Shown: in pieces, positions 29,605-42,674 of the stretch
Layout of the letters: each line of letters starts with the position of its first letter
Position numbering within the stretch: position 1 is the stretch's first letter
Origin: Eledone cirrhosa
Lineage: Eukaryota
Reading direction: 5' to 3'
Assembly (NCBI GenBank): GCA_964016885.1
Contig: OZ024743.1
Coordinates: forward strand, 301,072,001-301,136,000
Length of the DNA: 64,000 bases
The notes under the pieces: generated by a model
The model's input: only the letters and a program-made list of their open reading frames with translations
Databases searched by the model: none
What the model was told of the DNA's origin: nothing
Position numbers and translations under genes: made by a program

Positions 29605-29900
29605 ACACGCTCACGAATTGTGAACGACTATCGGATTGCCACCTACAAAGTTCCTCAGAAGTAGAAGCCCGAGAAGATTATGTTTATAGATCTGCAGTCG
29701 CTGCTGATTAGCTCTCCACGTACATGACGACATTAGTGTGTTCCAAGGAAAAACCCCATTAGAAAGTGTGACGTGCAATGTATTGTCTTGTTCAAGGACA
29801 ACGTACCATAGGGTCCGAGAAGCGAACTCACAACTATGATTGTGAATTCATCTACAAACCACTAACCAATATGCCTACACTAAACACACACACACACGCA

Positions 29901-29982
<82 letters not shown>

Positions 29983-30939
29983 TTAGTGCTTATAAATGAA
30001 AATATAGAAGTTAATGTGAGCAAGAACCCAACAGTATTTCATAATATATAAGTGACTATAACGTCAAAATGGACAATAATTAACGTAGATATGGGAAAAT
30101 AATTCAAACTCAATTCAAAAAAAATCAAGACAGAGATTTTAACCACAGATTTTCCAAGGAAAACACCAATAGAGTCTTAACTCAGAAAATAATATAGTTT
30201 AAATACTCATCCTTCAATTTGGAAAAACTACAAATTCTCTATATAATCTTAAACTTTTCAGTGGTATTAGTCACGGTAGGAATCGTTTCTCAGTAGAGCT
30301 CTACACGAAAACCAAAATTACCACTGCTAAAATATGCCAAAAAGTGAATTTAAAAGCAAGCTAGTTCACCTCGTGCGGAATTATGAAAATAAACACACAT
30401 GGAGAGACATGGCTGGTGACGTCAGAATGAGACGAATGTCTATTTACAAGAAACAGCAGTCAAAAACATTCCGAAAAAACTCTACAAAATGTTAGGAGTT
30501 CAGCAAAATAGCAATATTATCGTGGTTTTTTTCTTAAAAAACCGGGATAGTCACAAATAATTTTAAGCACTCTAGGAAAAATTCCGAGTATATATATAAA
30601 TGAAAGTATATATATATATATATCAGGTATGGTACAAACCAGCTAGAGCAACCAGAGTACTCAATACTTGGGATAGTAGAGTGTGTAATATAAAAAGGTT
30701 CAGGATCCCAACGGCTGAGTTCCGGCCGTTTCGACAACTACATCCGAACTGAACCACCAGTATTCGAAAGGCGGGAATAAAGCTGAGCTCCTGAAGGGGT
30801 ATAGCCCATACATTGACTATTAGCTTTAGGAGATTTGCTAGATTTGCGCCGCGCGAATACTGGCGCTTAGTTTCGGATCTAGATTTCGAGATGGCCGGAG
30901 CTCAGCCGTCGGGGTCCTGAAACTTTGCATATATATATA

Positions 30940-31168
30940 TAGTAGTAATAATTAATTTGAAGACCAAAATAGAAAGAGGGCTCGATAAGGATAAATATAT
31001 ATCAAATATATAAGAACCGTAGAGCAAATATTTATTAAAATAACAGATTAAAGTTTAAGCAAAGAATCGATACTTTCAACCTTAACGGGATCTTCTGAAA
31101 CTCAGAAAATCCCGTTAAGGGTGAAAGCAGCGATTCTTTGCTTAAACTTTAATCTGTTATTTTAATAA

Positions 31169-31175
<7 letters not shown>
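30940..31175. mobile_element. Solo fold-back remnant of the terminal repeat of the 8962-12470 PLE family
   Basis: Matches 8962-9070 and 9143-9215 in both orientations; flanked by (TA)n. Confidence 0.8.
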
Positions 31176-31203
<28 letters not shown>

Positions 31204-31904
31204 TATATATGAAATATATATACGAATCTTTACATGTATATATATATATATATAGGGGAGGGTCATATTTGTGTAATATTGCCAGAAATAATTCTGGCAA
31301 TATTACATAAATATGACCCTCCCCAAGTATAACAATATTTGTTTCCACACACGATTTCATATAAAAAACCTCGCAAAACTAATTCATCGCCGCTATATAT
31401 ATATATATATATATATATAACATGTATATATATATATATATAACAAAGGATTTGTGGTAAGGAACCAAATGGACCATAACGCAATTAGTGTAGTAGAGTG
31501 GGAAATAGGAAACAGTATAACCCCGACGACAGAGCTCAAGCCATTTCGACGGCTATTTCTGGACTAAATTAGAATGTTTAGCCTGGTGAATAAATAGCCA
31601 AACTTTTCAAGGGGGTACTTCCTTATATGGGAAGATTGTAGTTGTCAAGAGGATTGGTTAAAAGTTGTTGTAAACACAAATAAGTCTATCATGGCATTTG
31701 GTGGGAAGTAGGGGTGGCTGAACTTGCCTGTAGAACAATAGGGGAGTGAGTGGAGCGGTCAAGCGTTTAAAGTGATATGTATACATCAGATTCTAAGGAT
31801 AGTGTATGAAGTGTGGGAGGGAGGTTATAGAATAGGTAAATCGAAAGAGAGTAGGAGACAATAAAAGATACTAGAAATAAATAAAATATATATATATATA
31901 TATA

Positions 31905-32197
31905 TATAAAGAAAAAGGGATGAAATCGAAAATGCAACTGAAGTCTTATTTTTTTTTTAAATATATATATTTATTTGGTTCCTTTACCGGTTTCGCAGTT
32001 CTTCTGCTTTTCAAAAGGTGAGTTGAGATGGAGGATCTGTGGTTTTTCTCTGAGAAAAACCACAGACCCTCCATCTCAACTCACCTTTTGAAAAGCAGAA
32101 GAACTGCGAAACCGGTAAAGCAACCAAATAAATATATATATTTTTAAAAAAAATAAGACTTCAGTTGCATTTTCGATTTCATCCCTTTTTCTTTATA
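31905..32197. repeat. ~146-bp-arm near-perfect palindrome carrying two U3-A8 hammerhead motifs (31981-32018 minus, 32084-32121 plus)
   Basis: Centre GGTTTTTCTC-T-GAGAAAAACC. Motif CCTT-TTGAAAA-GCAG aagaa CTGC-GAAAC CG GTA-AAGG. Confidence 0.85.
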
Positions 32198-32276
32198 CTT
32201 CCACTCGTGTAGGACACCTCGGTTATTTTTCATTTTGTAAAAAAAAAATCAAAAAAAAAAAAAAAAAAATCCTCAC

Positions 32277-32315
<39 letters not shown>

Positions 32316-32779
32316 GATAGGTTGAAATGAATAAAGAAATCACAATGCTATCTTACAATTACAGGTTAATAAGTTGAGAATAGAAAAAAAACTTATAGAA
32401 ATTACAAACAGATACAAACTTAAAGGGGTTTTTAACACATCTGCTATAAGTAGTTAGTAAAACGTATTCGGCCAATATTATCTTAAAATAACAGGGGTGG
32501 GGGAACTGATGCTACAAGGCCCGATGGGCTGCATCGGGGTAGGCGAAAGAGGATAGCAGACGTGGAAGAAATAAGGGGTGGAAGGAAGTGGTAGGATAAG
32601 ACAGGGGGAAGAAGGAGACAAAGAGAAAAAGAAAAGAGATACATTTACATATGTAAGCTGGAGTTTCCCCTAATTTATTCGGCAAGTGTGTGTGTGGGGG
32701 GTGGGGTATCAACCGTTGTCTACCCACCCGGGTCATTATAGGGATTGAGGGCGAGGTAAGTCCTACGAAATATGTGTTT

Positions 32780-33005
32780 GCATGCGGTTACTAGTTCATC
32801 TTTCTTGTTTAGGAGTTGGTCCTTCGAAAAAAGCATTTGTAATGTTTCCTCCGAGCATAAGTTACACGGACGCCGTCCTCCCGTGTAAGAGTTAGTTCTG
32901 GACAGTAAGCTTCAAGTGAGATTGTAGGTTATATTGTTATCTTGGAGGTCCCAGATGTGACCCGAAAGTGTAGTGGATTGTCGCCGAACTGGGTTTCGTA
33001 AATTG
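32780..33005 (-). mobile_element. Short PLE endonuclease C-terminal fragment
   Basis: Hand translation STTLSGHIWDLQDNNITYNLT...GRRPCNLCSEETL parallels the other PLE copies. Confidence 0.6.
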
Positions 33006-33549
33006 ACATAATTATGATTATGTCAATTTACAATATAAATATATATATTTGAACAAGCTATATATAGAGTTATACCGAACTAAAATTATGATTGTGTTAT
33101 TATACATTATAAACATATTAGCACAAAACTATATACAGAGATATGCCGAACTATAATTATGATTATCTTATTATACAATATAAACATATTTTCACCAACT
33201 ACATATAGAGATATATACTAAGTATTAATGGGGCAGTATACATTTAGTAAAGGATAACGATTACAATCCTAGATAATATATTCATACATGCATAACTATT
33301 AAATACATAGATATATATAAAAATGTAAACGCATGAATGATCAACAGTTCCAAATAAGGTCCGAAAAATGTACAGGTTTGATATCAAAACTATATTTAAA
33401 TCAGAGATAGAAAAATAAAGGTCTGGATCAAAGTTAATAATATCCCAAAAGCCATAGGTTATGTATATCAACCTGCCAACATGTTCTTAAACAAGTGTCA
33501 ATTCGTTCAAGCGTTGTTTCCATTATAAATGAGTATAAGATAAAGCATT

Positions 33550-36130
33550 ATTAGAGTTTTATAAGCCATTATGATTTATATTTTCAACAGGCTTGGTTGG
33601 TTACTGTTTTTTCCTGACCTTATGTGAGGCTTGGAATGTAGACAAAGCTTTATGGAGGCAGTTTGAGAATAATTCACTTTTTCTGTTAATTTAGTTTTCA
33701 TAATTATTAATTATCAATAGGGTCTCCATTGTACAAAGCGCGGAGTTACTTGATATACTTGAGTTGCGAAAAGCTCCACTATTACAAAGTTTCGTCCAAA
33801 AGATAGAGTATTTTAATTTTTTGTCTTTTAATGACCATATAAGCTGTGATAAAGACGTCGATGATTTCCTATTAGAATTCGAAAATGAGCATTTATGATT
33901 CGCAAATCTAGCCTTAAATATAGAAGAAGTCGATCCTATGTAGTTGTATGTGTTCTAATCAGTTTTTACGATGCATTTATACACCACATTACTGTCCAAA
34001 CAATTATTTTGCAGAGGGCAATCTGGTTTATTTCTACTATTACATTTTGATTTATTATTATTTATGATAACACTACTATTAAAATTATTATGCTGATTCT
34101 GCTTTAGAATTTTACTGTTTATTTTAGCAATGTTTTGGGCCATGTTTATAGTTGTAGATTAAGATAATATAATAGTGTGTCTATTAAAAATGGAATGGTA
34201 TTTATGTTGACTAGGGAAAGAGCTGTCCAAAGCTTTAAAGGATAAGTTTGCTATTGGTGTTCTTACTGTTACGGAAGGAGGGGGGGGGGGGTGTCAACCA
34301 TATAACTGATTTAGTTCTGGTTCTTTTCCTCGATTTGTTCACCGTATAGGTGTTTGAATTATAATTATTAGAATTTCGTTTATATATGCCGTTATTTTTA
34401 TCAGGATTAAGACTTGGATTATTATTATCTATATATTCTATATTATTCTCTTAACCTGCTCTTTTTATCGCTTCATTGTAGTATGCTGCATTATCATCAA
34501 ATACTACTTTATTGGCAGATATTCTATTAATGCGTTATTGCACACTATATGCAATTGCTTTTTTTTACAGAGTTAGGGTGATTGGAATAATAACTAACAT
34601 AATATAAGTTTTCATTGGGCTTATGAAAAGGGTAATAAAAGCCAGAGTTTAAGTTAAAAGTAACATCAAGGAAATTAACTATTTTTTTACCACTTTCTAC
34701 TTCTAACTTCAGGTCATACATTTTAAAGAATTCTATTATACTTTTCTTTACTCTCTTTAGTTCTATATTGTTGTGTTTGACCACCGTAAATAAAATGTCG
34801 TCCCTATATAAACCACCGGTAATCTCCGGCAGTTTTCTATTTATCATATTTAATATGAAAATCCCCAGAAGATCTGTGATTTGCGCTGAATCACATGCCC
34901 CCATAGTGATATCAAAGTTTCTATTACTATCAGAGCGGGTCCAATATTCGTTGTTGAAGTTAATAATAGTTCTTCTAGCTGTTAGTATGATATCAATTTC
35001 ATCCGTGGTTAGATCAGTATAATTATAAGCGTATGATAGTGCCTTATTTAGTAGGTTGGGCGTTATGGAAGAATAGTAGTTTGTTAAATCCATCTGGATG
35101 AATTTATGGTTTTTCTTATCATCTATATTCTTATACCATTCTATGACTTCGTTTGTATCTTTCCACAAGCTCAATTTAGATCTCAATTTAAGAGCAGGTA
35201 GAATTCTATCGATGATGTTTTTACTGATTACTCCAATATCCGATTTGGATGGAGCAATCAGTCTAATTGGTAGGTCTTCCTCGAAGTTTTTTTTTGTGAT
35301 CTTTGAAGTTAATCCGCGGCTGCCTAGGTATAAGTGGCTCAGTTCTTCCTTCTAATCCTATTTATATGCATCCTCATTAATTTCTGTAAGATCTTTAGCC
35401 GGGGCTTTTTTATGATTTTTCCTAAGTTCCTTTAAAATCAAGTTATTATATTCTTCTTTGTTTATCCCATATAAATTATTTGTTTTGTCCGATTTAACCA
35501 ATATTTTGTTAACTTATTTTTATTTCTGTGATTTTTTTCTTTTAGAGTTTAAAGGAATTGGTGACCTATGAAAGGGTTTTTCCTAATTTTAATTTGTTTA
35601 AGTATACCAAGCGTTCGGTTTCAAAATCCTCCAGAAGTTTGTTCTATGGAGGATTCTTTCTTGATTTAAATAAAGATTCGAAATGACTGCTGTTGGTTTT
35701 TCTTTCAGCATCTTTATTTTCGAAATGAAATGCTCGCCATCTCATTCTTCTTATAAAAGAGTTAGTTTGTTCGATAATTTTCCTCATGTATTCCTCATTT
35801 GAAGGTATTGGTATATCCTTGAGGGATGTCGGGAAGTTTAAGAAATCCATATTTATTGAATATGTAATCTATTGTATAGAAAAGCGCTCAACCAACTGGG
35901 AGCAATACATTTTAAAGAGATAAGCAAGATTCAATGAGTACATCAAAGAATGAGTTTTACAGTAGATTGAAAGCACTCTACAGTTAGATATTTTCAAGAG
36001 TTATTAATATTAAATTCAAATATTAATAAAATAGATGTTCTTGTGATCAATTAAATTGTATTATACATATTTCAGACATACTTGAATCAAGTTCAATAGT
36101 ACGTCCTCATCAGATGAAATGAAATGATAC
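33550..36130 (-). mobile_element. Decayed Neptune-like Penelope element
   Basis: SLKDIPIPS, RRMRWRAFHF, DITMGACDSAQ, GGLYRDD, VNFLDVTFNL, SNHP, KPDCPLQNNCL, YIGST. Degenerate hammerhead at ~36055-36120 upstream. Confidence 0.9.
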
Positions 36131-36809
36131 ATGACATACCCTGACATGTTAAATGGTTAAGATTTAATCAAGGTAGTGATTAACTTGTGAGAAAACTAAA
36201 TATGTATACCGTACAAATGAGAACATGTTAAAACGTAATAGAATCTATATAGAGGGTGTGAGTAAGAAAATGATTGCTTTAATGTAACAGTTATAGAGTT
36301 ATTCAAGTTTGAAAGGCTACTGTAGGACTATAGAGGAAGACTATAGATATCTGGAATTATAATTTTTTAGTTTTTAGTTTGAGAATGAAACTGATAGATA
36401 ATTAAAGAGAGAGAGATAGAGGGGGTTAATTTATGCACAAATATTCTTCAGACACATATAAACAGGTATAGCCTTGTCGGTTAAATTTCAAAATATTTAA
36501 TTTATGTTATTTTAGGGTAACGAATCAACATTTTAGGTTTTAAAAGTTGATGGATATTTGTGTTATAAATTTTATAAATTTTATAAATGTGTTAAATTTC
36601 TAAAATTCAAAGTTTTATGAAATCCAATTTAAAGGATTTACTAGGCCCGCGAAAGAAAAATATATACTGTTCAATATTCCGCAAAGGTAATCTTTAACCA
36701 TATTACTTGTAACAGTGTCAACATTTTCGAAATGTATAATTTATGAAGTATTTACAGTTATAATTATCAAGGAATTTATTGTTTTTAGGCATCATATCAT
36801 GTTACCTTA

Positions 36810-36876
36810 TTTTATCTGATGAGAACGCAATTATAGTCCCAGAATGATATTTGTTTTTGAAATGAGCATAATAAAA
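36810..36876 (+). ncRNA. Type I hammerhead; inverted relative at ~38184-38250
   Basis: TTTTAT-CTGATGA-GAAC...GTTTTT-GAAAT GAGC ATA-ATAAAA. Confidence 0.65.
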
Positions 36877-36971
36877 TATATGGAACGTTTTTAACCATCT
36901 ATTACAGTCTTTTATAATGAAACGAGACGTCCGTCTGGGAAGAGATATATTCGATATGTCTCATATGAAAT

Positions 36972-37155
36972 CATTGTTTCTACTTTAGGCACAAGGCCAG
37001 CAATTACCCAGTGCGTTACTGGTTCTTTATTTCATCGACACCGTAAGGATGAAAGGCAAAGTCAACCTCGGCGGGATTTGAACTCAGATCGTAAAGGGAC
37101 GTAACTATGCTGGAAAGCATGGCGTCCGACCCTCTATCGATACTGCCAATCCACC
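36972..37155 (-). mobile_element. tRNA-derived SINE with 14-bp target-site duplication
   Basis: GTCTCATATGAAAT at 36958-36971 and 37156-37169. Empty-site paralog at 37867-37880. Confidence 0.88.
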
Positions 37156-38029
37156 GTCTCATATGAAATAATAAAGCCAATTTTCCACGCAATACCTTTA
37201 GTTAGCACCCCGAACGCATAATTGGGAATATAATCAGTTATTTCCTAATGTTTGTTGAGTGAGTTGCAATTTGGCCGGAATATCGCTAAAAAGCTTTCTC
37301 CGATATTGTATTTATTTATTTACTCTTGGTGCAGCAGAATTGAAATTTCCCGGTATAAGGTTAGGATTTCTTTGTTTATTTTTTATATATGAATATTGAT
37401 TGTTCCTTATATCTCATTCTGTTATTTTGCGCGAGAAAATATCTGTGTGTCATCACATGTTGTACACACATAGATATTTTTTCAATTTCCAATTGAGTTC
37501 TTAGCACGTGGCCTGAATTCCTTTCAGAGTTCATTGTCATGCGCATGTATTGTTTTTTTTTGGCGGTAATTTACTTCCTCATTGTTGAATCAGTTTGAGC
37601 ATTTCTTTAGAACTGCTGTACTGGCAACCTGACAGCTACCTCAGGCACAGATGATGATTATCGCTAAATACTGATGTTGGTTAGATTATCAATATTAGTA
37701 TTATTGGGGCACCCACTGATGAATTATAGGAGCCAACTTGAATATATATATATATATATATATTGATGGTATACAAGCTCCTACATAAATTGGTATAATT
37801 TAACCCAAATTGTAGGAATCCTATAATGAAACGAGACGTCCGTCTGGGAAGAGATGTATTCGATATGTCTCATATGAAATAATACAGCCAATTTTCCACG
37901 CAATACTTTTAGTTAGCACCCCGAACGCATAATTGGGAATATAATCACTTGTTTCCTAATGTTTGTTGAGTGAGTTGGAATTTGGCCGGAGTATCGCTAA
38001 AAAGCTTTCTCCGATATTGTATTTATATA

Positions 38030-38128
<99 letters not shown>

Positions 38129-38752
38129 GTAGTATATATATATATATATAAGAAATTAAAAGATGTTTAAAATGTTCCATATATTTTATAATCCGCATTT
38201 CAAAAACAGATATCATTCTGGGACGATAATTGGGTTCTCATCAGATAAAACAAGATAACATGATGTGATGCCTAAAAACACTTGTGAACAAGAAAGTGTA
38301 CAGTCAACATATTATCGCCCCAGGATGATATTTGTTTTTGAAATGCGCATAATAAAATATATACGGAACTTTTTTAACCATCTTTTAATTTCTTCTATAT
38401 ATACTCCAGTTCTATCAACAGTTGAGTGATACTTATCTGGTATATGCATAATTTTATTGTTCTACAATAAACTCACCTCCTACACACATATATATATGAA
38501 GAATTTTGCTAAACAGATTCAGAAACGAAATATATATATATATATGTATATGTATATATATATATCTAATAACTAGAAATTGATTAACATATAAATAAAC
38601 ATGAATAATCACAGGAGATAATTTTTACAAGTTCGTAAGTACAAATAGCTAGTTATTATAAAATGCTCGGACCTATTCGTTAGAATGTTAGAGCTTATTT
38701 TTCGGGTGATATGGCGCATGTCTTTCTGCCATCATTTTGATTATCTTAATTT

Positions 38753-38839
<87 letters not shown>

Positions 38840-38860
38840 GTATGTATATATATATATATG

Positions 38861-38912
<52 letters not shown>

Positions 38913-38915
<3 letters not shown>

Positions 38916-39808
38916 TAGCATTAAAGCCCGGCGTTGCTCGGGGTCCTTAAGTTACGAAAGTTAGGTTGTACCACCCATTTTATGGCACCACTTTTTTGTC
39001 TGCCAGGCACTGGGTGAATGAACTGCAGACCTGGAAGCACGAGCTGCGCCAGCAGTGACAATTGTAGTTTCGCCTATGGATATTATCTATGTGCAAAAAA
39101 GTGTTGAAATTTATTGTTTCACAGTACTTGCGCAACACGCGCGTAGACGATGCCAGCCGAACAACAGAGCTGCGATGGAGTTGTTCTGCATGGTTGTCTG
39201 TGTGTTTTCTAAATTTAAACAGTAGGGAGGGTTGTGATATGAGGGAGAGTTAGCTGTTGTTTCTAGCAGGTTTAGTGACATCATAGAGGATATGTGTTTT
39301 CTAAATTTAAGACAGTAGGGAGTGTGATATGGGGGAGAGTTAGCTGATGTTTCTAGTAGGTTTAGTGACATCATAGAAGATATGTTTTCTAAATTTAAGA
39401 AAGTAGGGAGGGGTGTTATATGGGGGAGAGTTAGCTGCTGCTTCTAGCAGGTTTAGTAACCTCATAGAGGATATGTGTTTTCTAAATTTAAGACAGTAGG
39501 GAGTCGTGTGAACGGACAGTATCACCATCAAGCTTGCAAAGAGAAAGTAGCAGAGAGTATTAAGTTGTATAGATTTTGAATGTTAGTAGAAAGAGTTCAG
39601 CAGTTTAAATGAGAGAGAAAAATCGTAAAATATTGAGTTTTATCTATTTTTTGCGTAATTGTGGGGGAAATTGAAAAATTATCTGCGTCAAGACGCAATT
39701 GAAGCTATTTCCAATAATAAACTGTAAATTTTAATTGAAGAAATTCTATATCGTATATTTCTATAACGAAGGAGCATGACCACACACTGAGCTTTATAGA
39801 TAATGATA
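38913..39808 (-). mobile_element. Non-autonomous Helitron-like element with internal ~90-bp tandem repeat
   Basis: Plus strand begins TACTAGCATTAAAGCCCGGCGTTGCTCGGG (reverse of hairpin plus CTAG). TTTTCTAAATTTAA...GAGAGTTAGCTG...GTTTAGT unit repeated ~3.3 times at ~39200-39505. Confidence 0.6.
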
Positions 39809-39903
39809 TATATATATAGGAAAGTTATTCAGGGTTGAATAGGAGGTAACCACAGAAAGTAAGGTACTCAATACATAACATAGTATACAAGTTTTAAGAT
39901 AGA

Positions 39904-39959
39904 TGGCATTCAACAGGACTAGAACTGTTTCATTCTTTAGAAATCATCAGGAATCTGGC
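39904..39959 (-). ncRNA. Type I hammerhead (same family as 22748-22800); decayed inverted copy ~52833-52890
   Basis: Minus strand ATTC-CTGATGA-TTTCT aa AGAAT-GAAACAG ttctagtc CTGTT-GAAT. Confidence 0.68.
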
Positions 39960-40391
39960 TGTCAAAAATAAATGTTGTGGTATTTATATATTTTCAGGTG
40001 GAAGGAGAGAGTAGGGAGTGGGATGGGTGGAGGTCATTGGTTGAAAGAAAAGGGAAGTCATTAAAAGATAATTCTTTAAGCCTATAATTTATATTAAGAA
40101 TGACATTTGCAGAAACAAGTCTATACTCAAGTTAACATGGGGTACCACTCCTTATTTTAAAGTTTCTCTTAAGCTAACAATGCCTAGTTTTCAGGTGTCT
40201 ATAAGATGGTTGGGGGTCGGTCATGGTTGATGGATTTAAAGAAAAGGGAAATTCTTTAAAAGCTAATATTTAAAGCTCTACTTAGAGTGACAAAGGCCAA
40301 GAGTATTGTATAAACCAGTTCAAAATATTGGGTGCCTATCATAATTGTCATGTTTCTCTTAAGCTATATGCCAGGTGTCAACAGACACATT

Positions 40392-40465
<74 letters not shown>

Positions 40466-40470
40466 CACAT

Positions 40471-40523
<53 letters not shown>

Positions 40524-40559
40524 TTCATACACACATATATACATAATATTCATATATAT

Positions 40560-40610
<51 letters not shown>

Positions 40611-40611
40611 C

Positions 40612-40861
<250 letters not shown>

Positions 40862-41003
40862 AGTATACGTTGGTTGTATACCAACACCTCAGTATGCAGC
40901 CTGGAACACTCGACGGTGTGCCCATGTTGGTTTGCTTACTCCGGAGTAATGTAAAATAAAGTTAAATAAAAAGTCAAATGTTTAAAATGTAGCTTCGTTT
41001 AAT

Positions 41004-41058
41004 ACTGCTATATATATTTCAGTGACAGCCATTTTTGGCTGTGACCTCTTCAGGCAGT
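41004..41058 (-). ncRNA. Type I hammerhead
   Basis: Minus strand ACTGC-CTGAAGA-GGTCACAGCC aaaaat GGCTGTCACT-GAAAT ATAT ATA-GCAGT. Confidence 0.8.
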
Positions 41059-41600
41059 TTGAATTAGTATGGTATAGACAAGTACATATGTTGTTGAGGT
41101 GTATGATTTTGTCAATACTCTGATATGCCCAGTTCCTGGTTGGCTTGTTATTTCACTGAAAAACTGGAATCATATGAATTCAAATAAACGAATTTCAGTG
41201 TCAAAGGGCCTTTTCTCCTATCATTGGTCATTTATTAGAACATTCCTCATTCTAAGTGTTGTTATTGTTGGAGTCAGCTTAAAAAATTGATAAAGTGGTA
41301 GAAGGGACAAGGTGTTAAAGGAACAAGATAACAAAAAAAGTGTCAAACTTCCCATTGGTCAGTTCTGAAAGCATTCCTCAGTCAGAAGTCTATAGAATTC
41401 TTTCTGGCGTGAGGCTCCCTGTAGTGTTTGTGTTTGCTATTGTTAAGTACATTTGACCTCTACCATTAGTTTGGTAGTTTGTTGGCGTTGTGGTCAGCAT
41501 ATGTCTTGCTGCTGCTGACAATTTAGAAGTATCTGTGTTTGTTTTTTCTTCATCGCTCCTGCCACCATATAATATTTATATATAAAACTAACCTATATTA

Positions 41601-41666
41601 TATTTTATCTGATGAAAGCGCACCATAGTTTGCTCTGGTGTACCTTGAAATATGTTTAATGAAATA
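41601..41666 (+). ncRNA. Hammerhead-like motif in a PLE terminal-repeat fragment
   Basis: TATTTTAT-CTGATGA-AAGCGCACCA...TGGTGTACCTT-GAAATATGTTTA-ATGAAATA; stem III mismatched. Confidence 0.55.
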
Positions 41667-41798
41667 AATATGCTTTTATAAATATAGTTTCCATTTGTTA
41701 ATATATTGTATATTTACTCCAATAATTTGTTGAGTGCTTTATATCAGTTATAAAAAATATTTTTCTTGTTGTATCCCAACAAATTAAATATAACCTCT

Positions 41799-41870
<72 letters not shown>

Positions 41871-42332
41871 GTGTGTGTATATATGTGCATATGTGTATAT
41901 ATGTATATATATATATATGGTGGCTGCCAACTCGTTTTCGAGTACGACCACTACTTTATATCCATGTAGGAGAACCCCTACATATGCGCTGAACGAGTGT
42001 GGCTTTTTAGTCCATCCAGCGACTTGAAAACTTGGCTACAAACACTACACTTGTGACAATTATTGACACATAGTGGTGAGCCCATGGTACCATGTGACGA
42101 CAAGGGCAGAGAGATCTCCAGATATAAAGCAATGCCTGTGCCGTGAAGCTTTTATAGTGAGCAAAGGCACTGCACAAAGCCAGTCCCACTCTGTTAACCA
42201 TGAGGATATTTACCAAAAAGAAGAACAAGTCAACATCATTGGATACCATCGGGGTTGCAGGTGTTATATCAGAGTTTTCCTTCTCCTAGAATTCTGCCTT
42301 GACAAAGGCTAAGGGGTAATCTCTCCTGGTGA

Positions 42333-42422
42333 TTTTGGATGGCCATTGACTCCGAAGAGCTCCTTTGCCCTTTGACAGGTTTTGTCAAAGGGCAAAGGAG
42401 CTCCCAAGAGTCAATGGCCATC

Positions 42423-42427
<5 letters not shown>
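42333..42427. repeat. 95-bp near-perfect hairpin
   Basis: TTTTGGATGGCCATTGACTC...CTTTGACA ggttt TGTCAAAG...GAGTCAATGGCCATCCAAAA. Confidence 0.9.
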
Positions 42428-42491
<64 letters not shown>

Positions 42492-42606
42492 CATACATAT
42501 ATATACATTCACATACATACATATATATGTATACACACACATATATATACACATACATATATATACATATACATAGACACACACATACATATATATATAT
42601 TTATAA

Positions 42607-42657
<51 letters not shown>

Positions 42658-42674
42658 TATATATATATATATAT

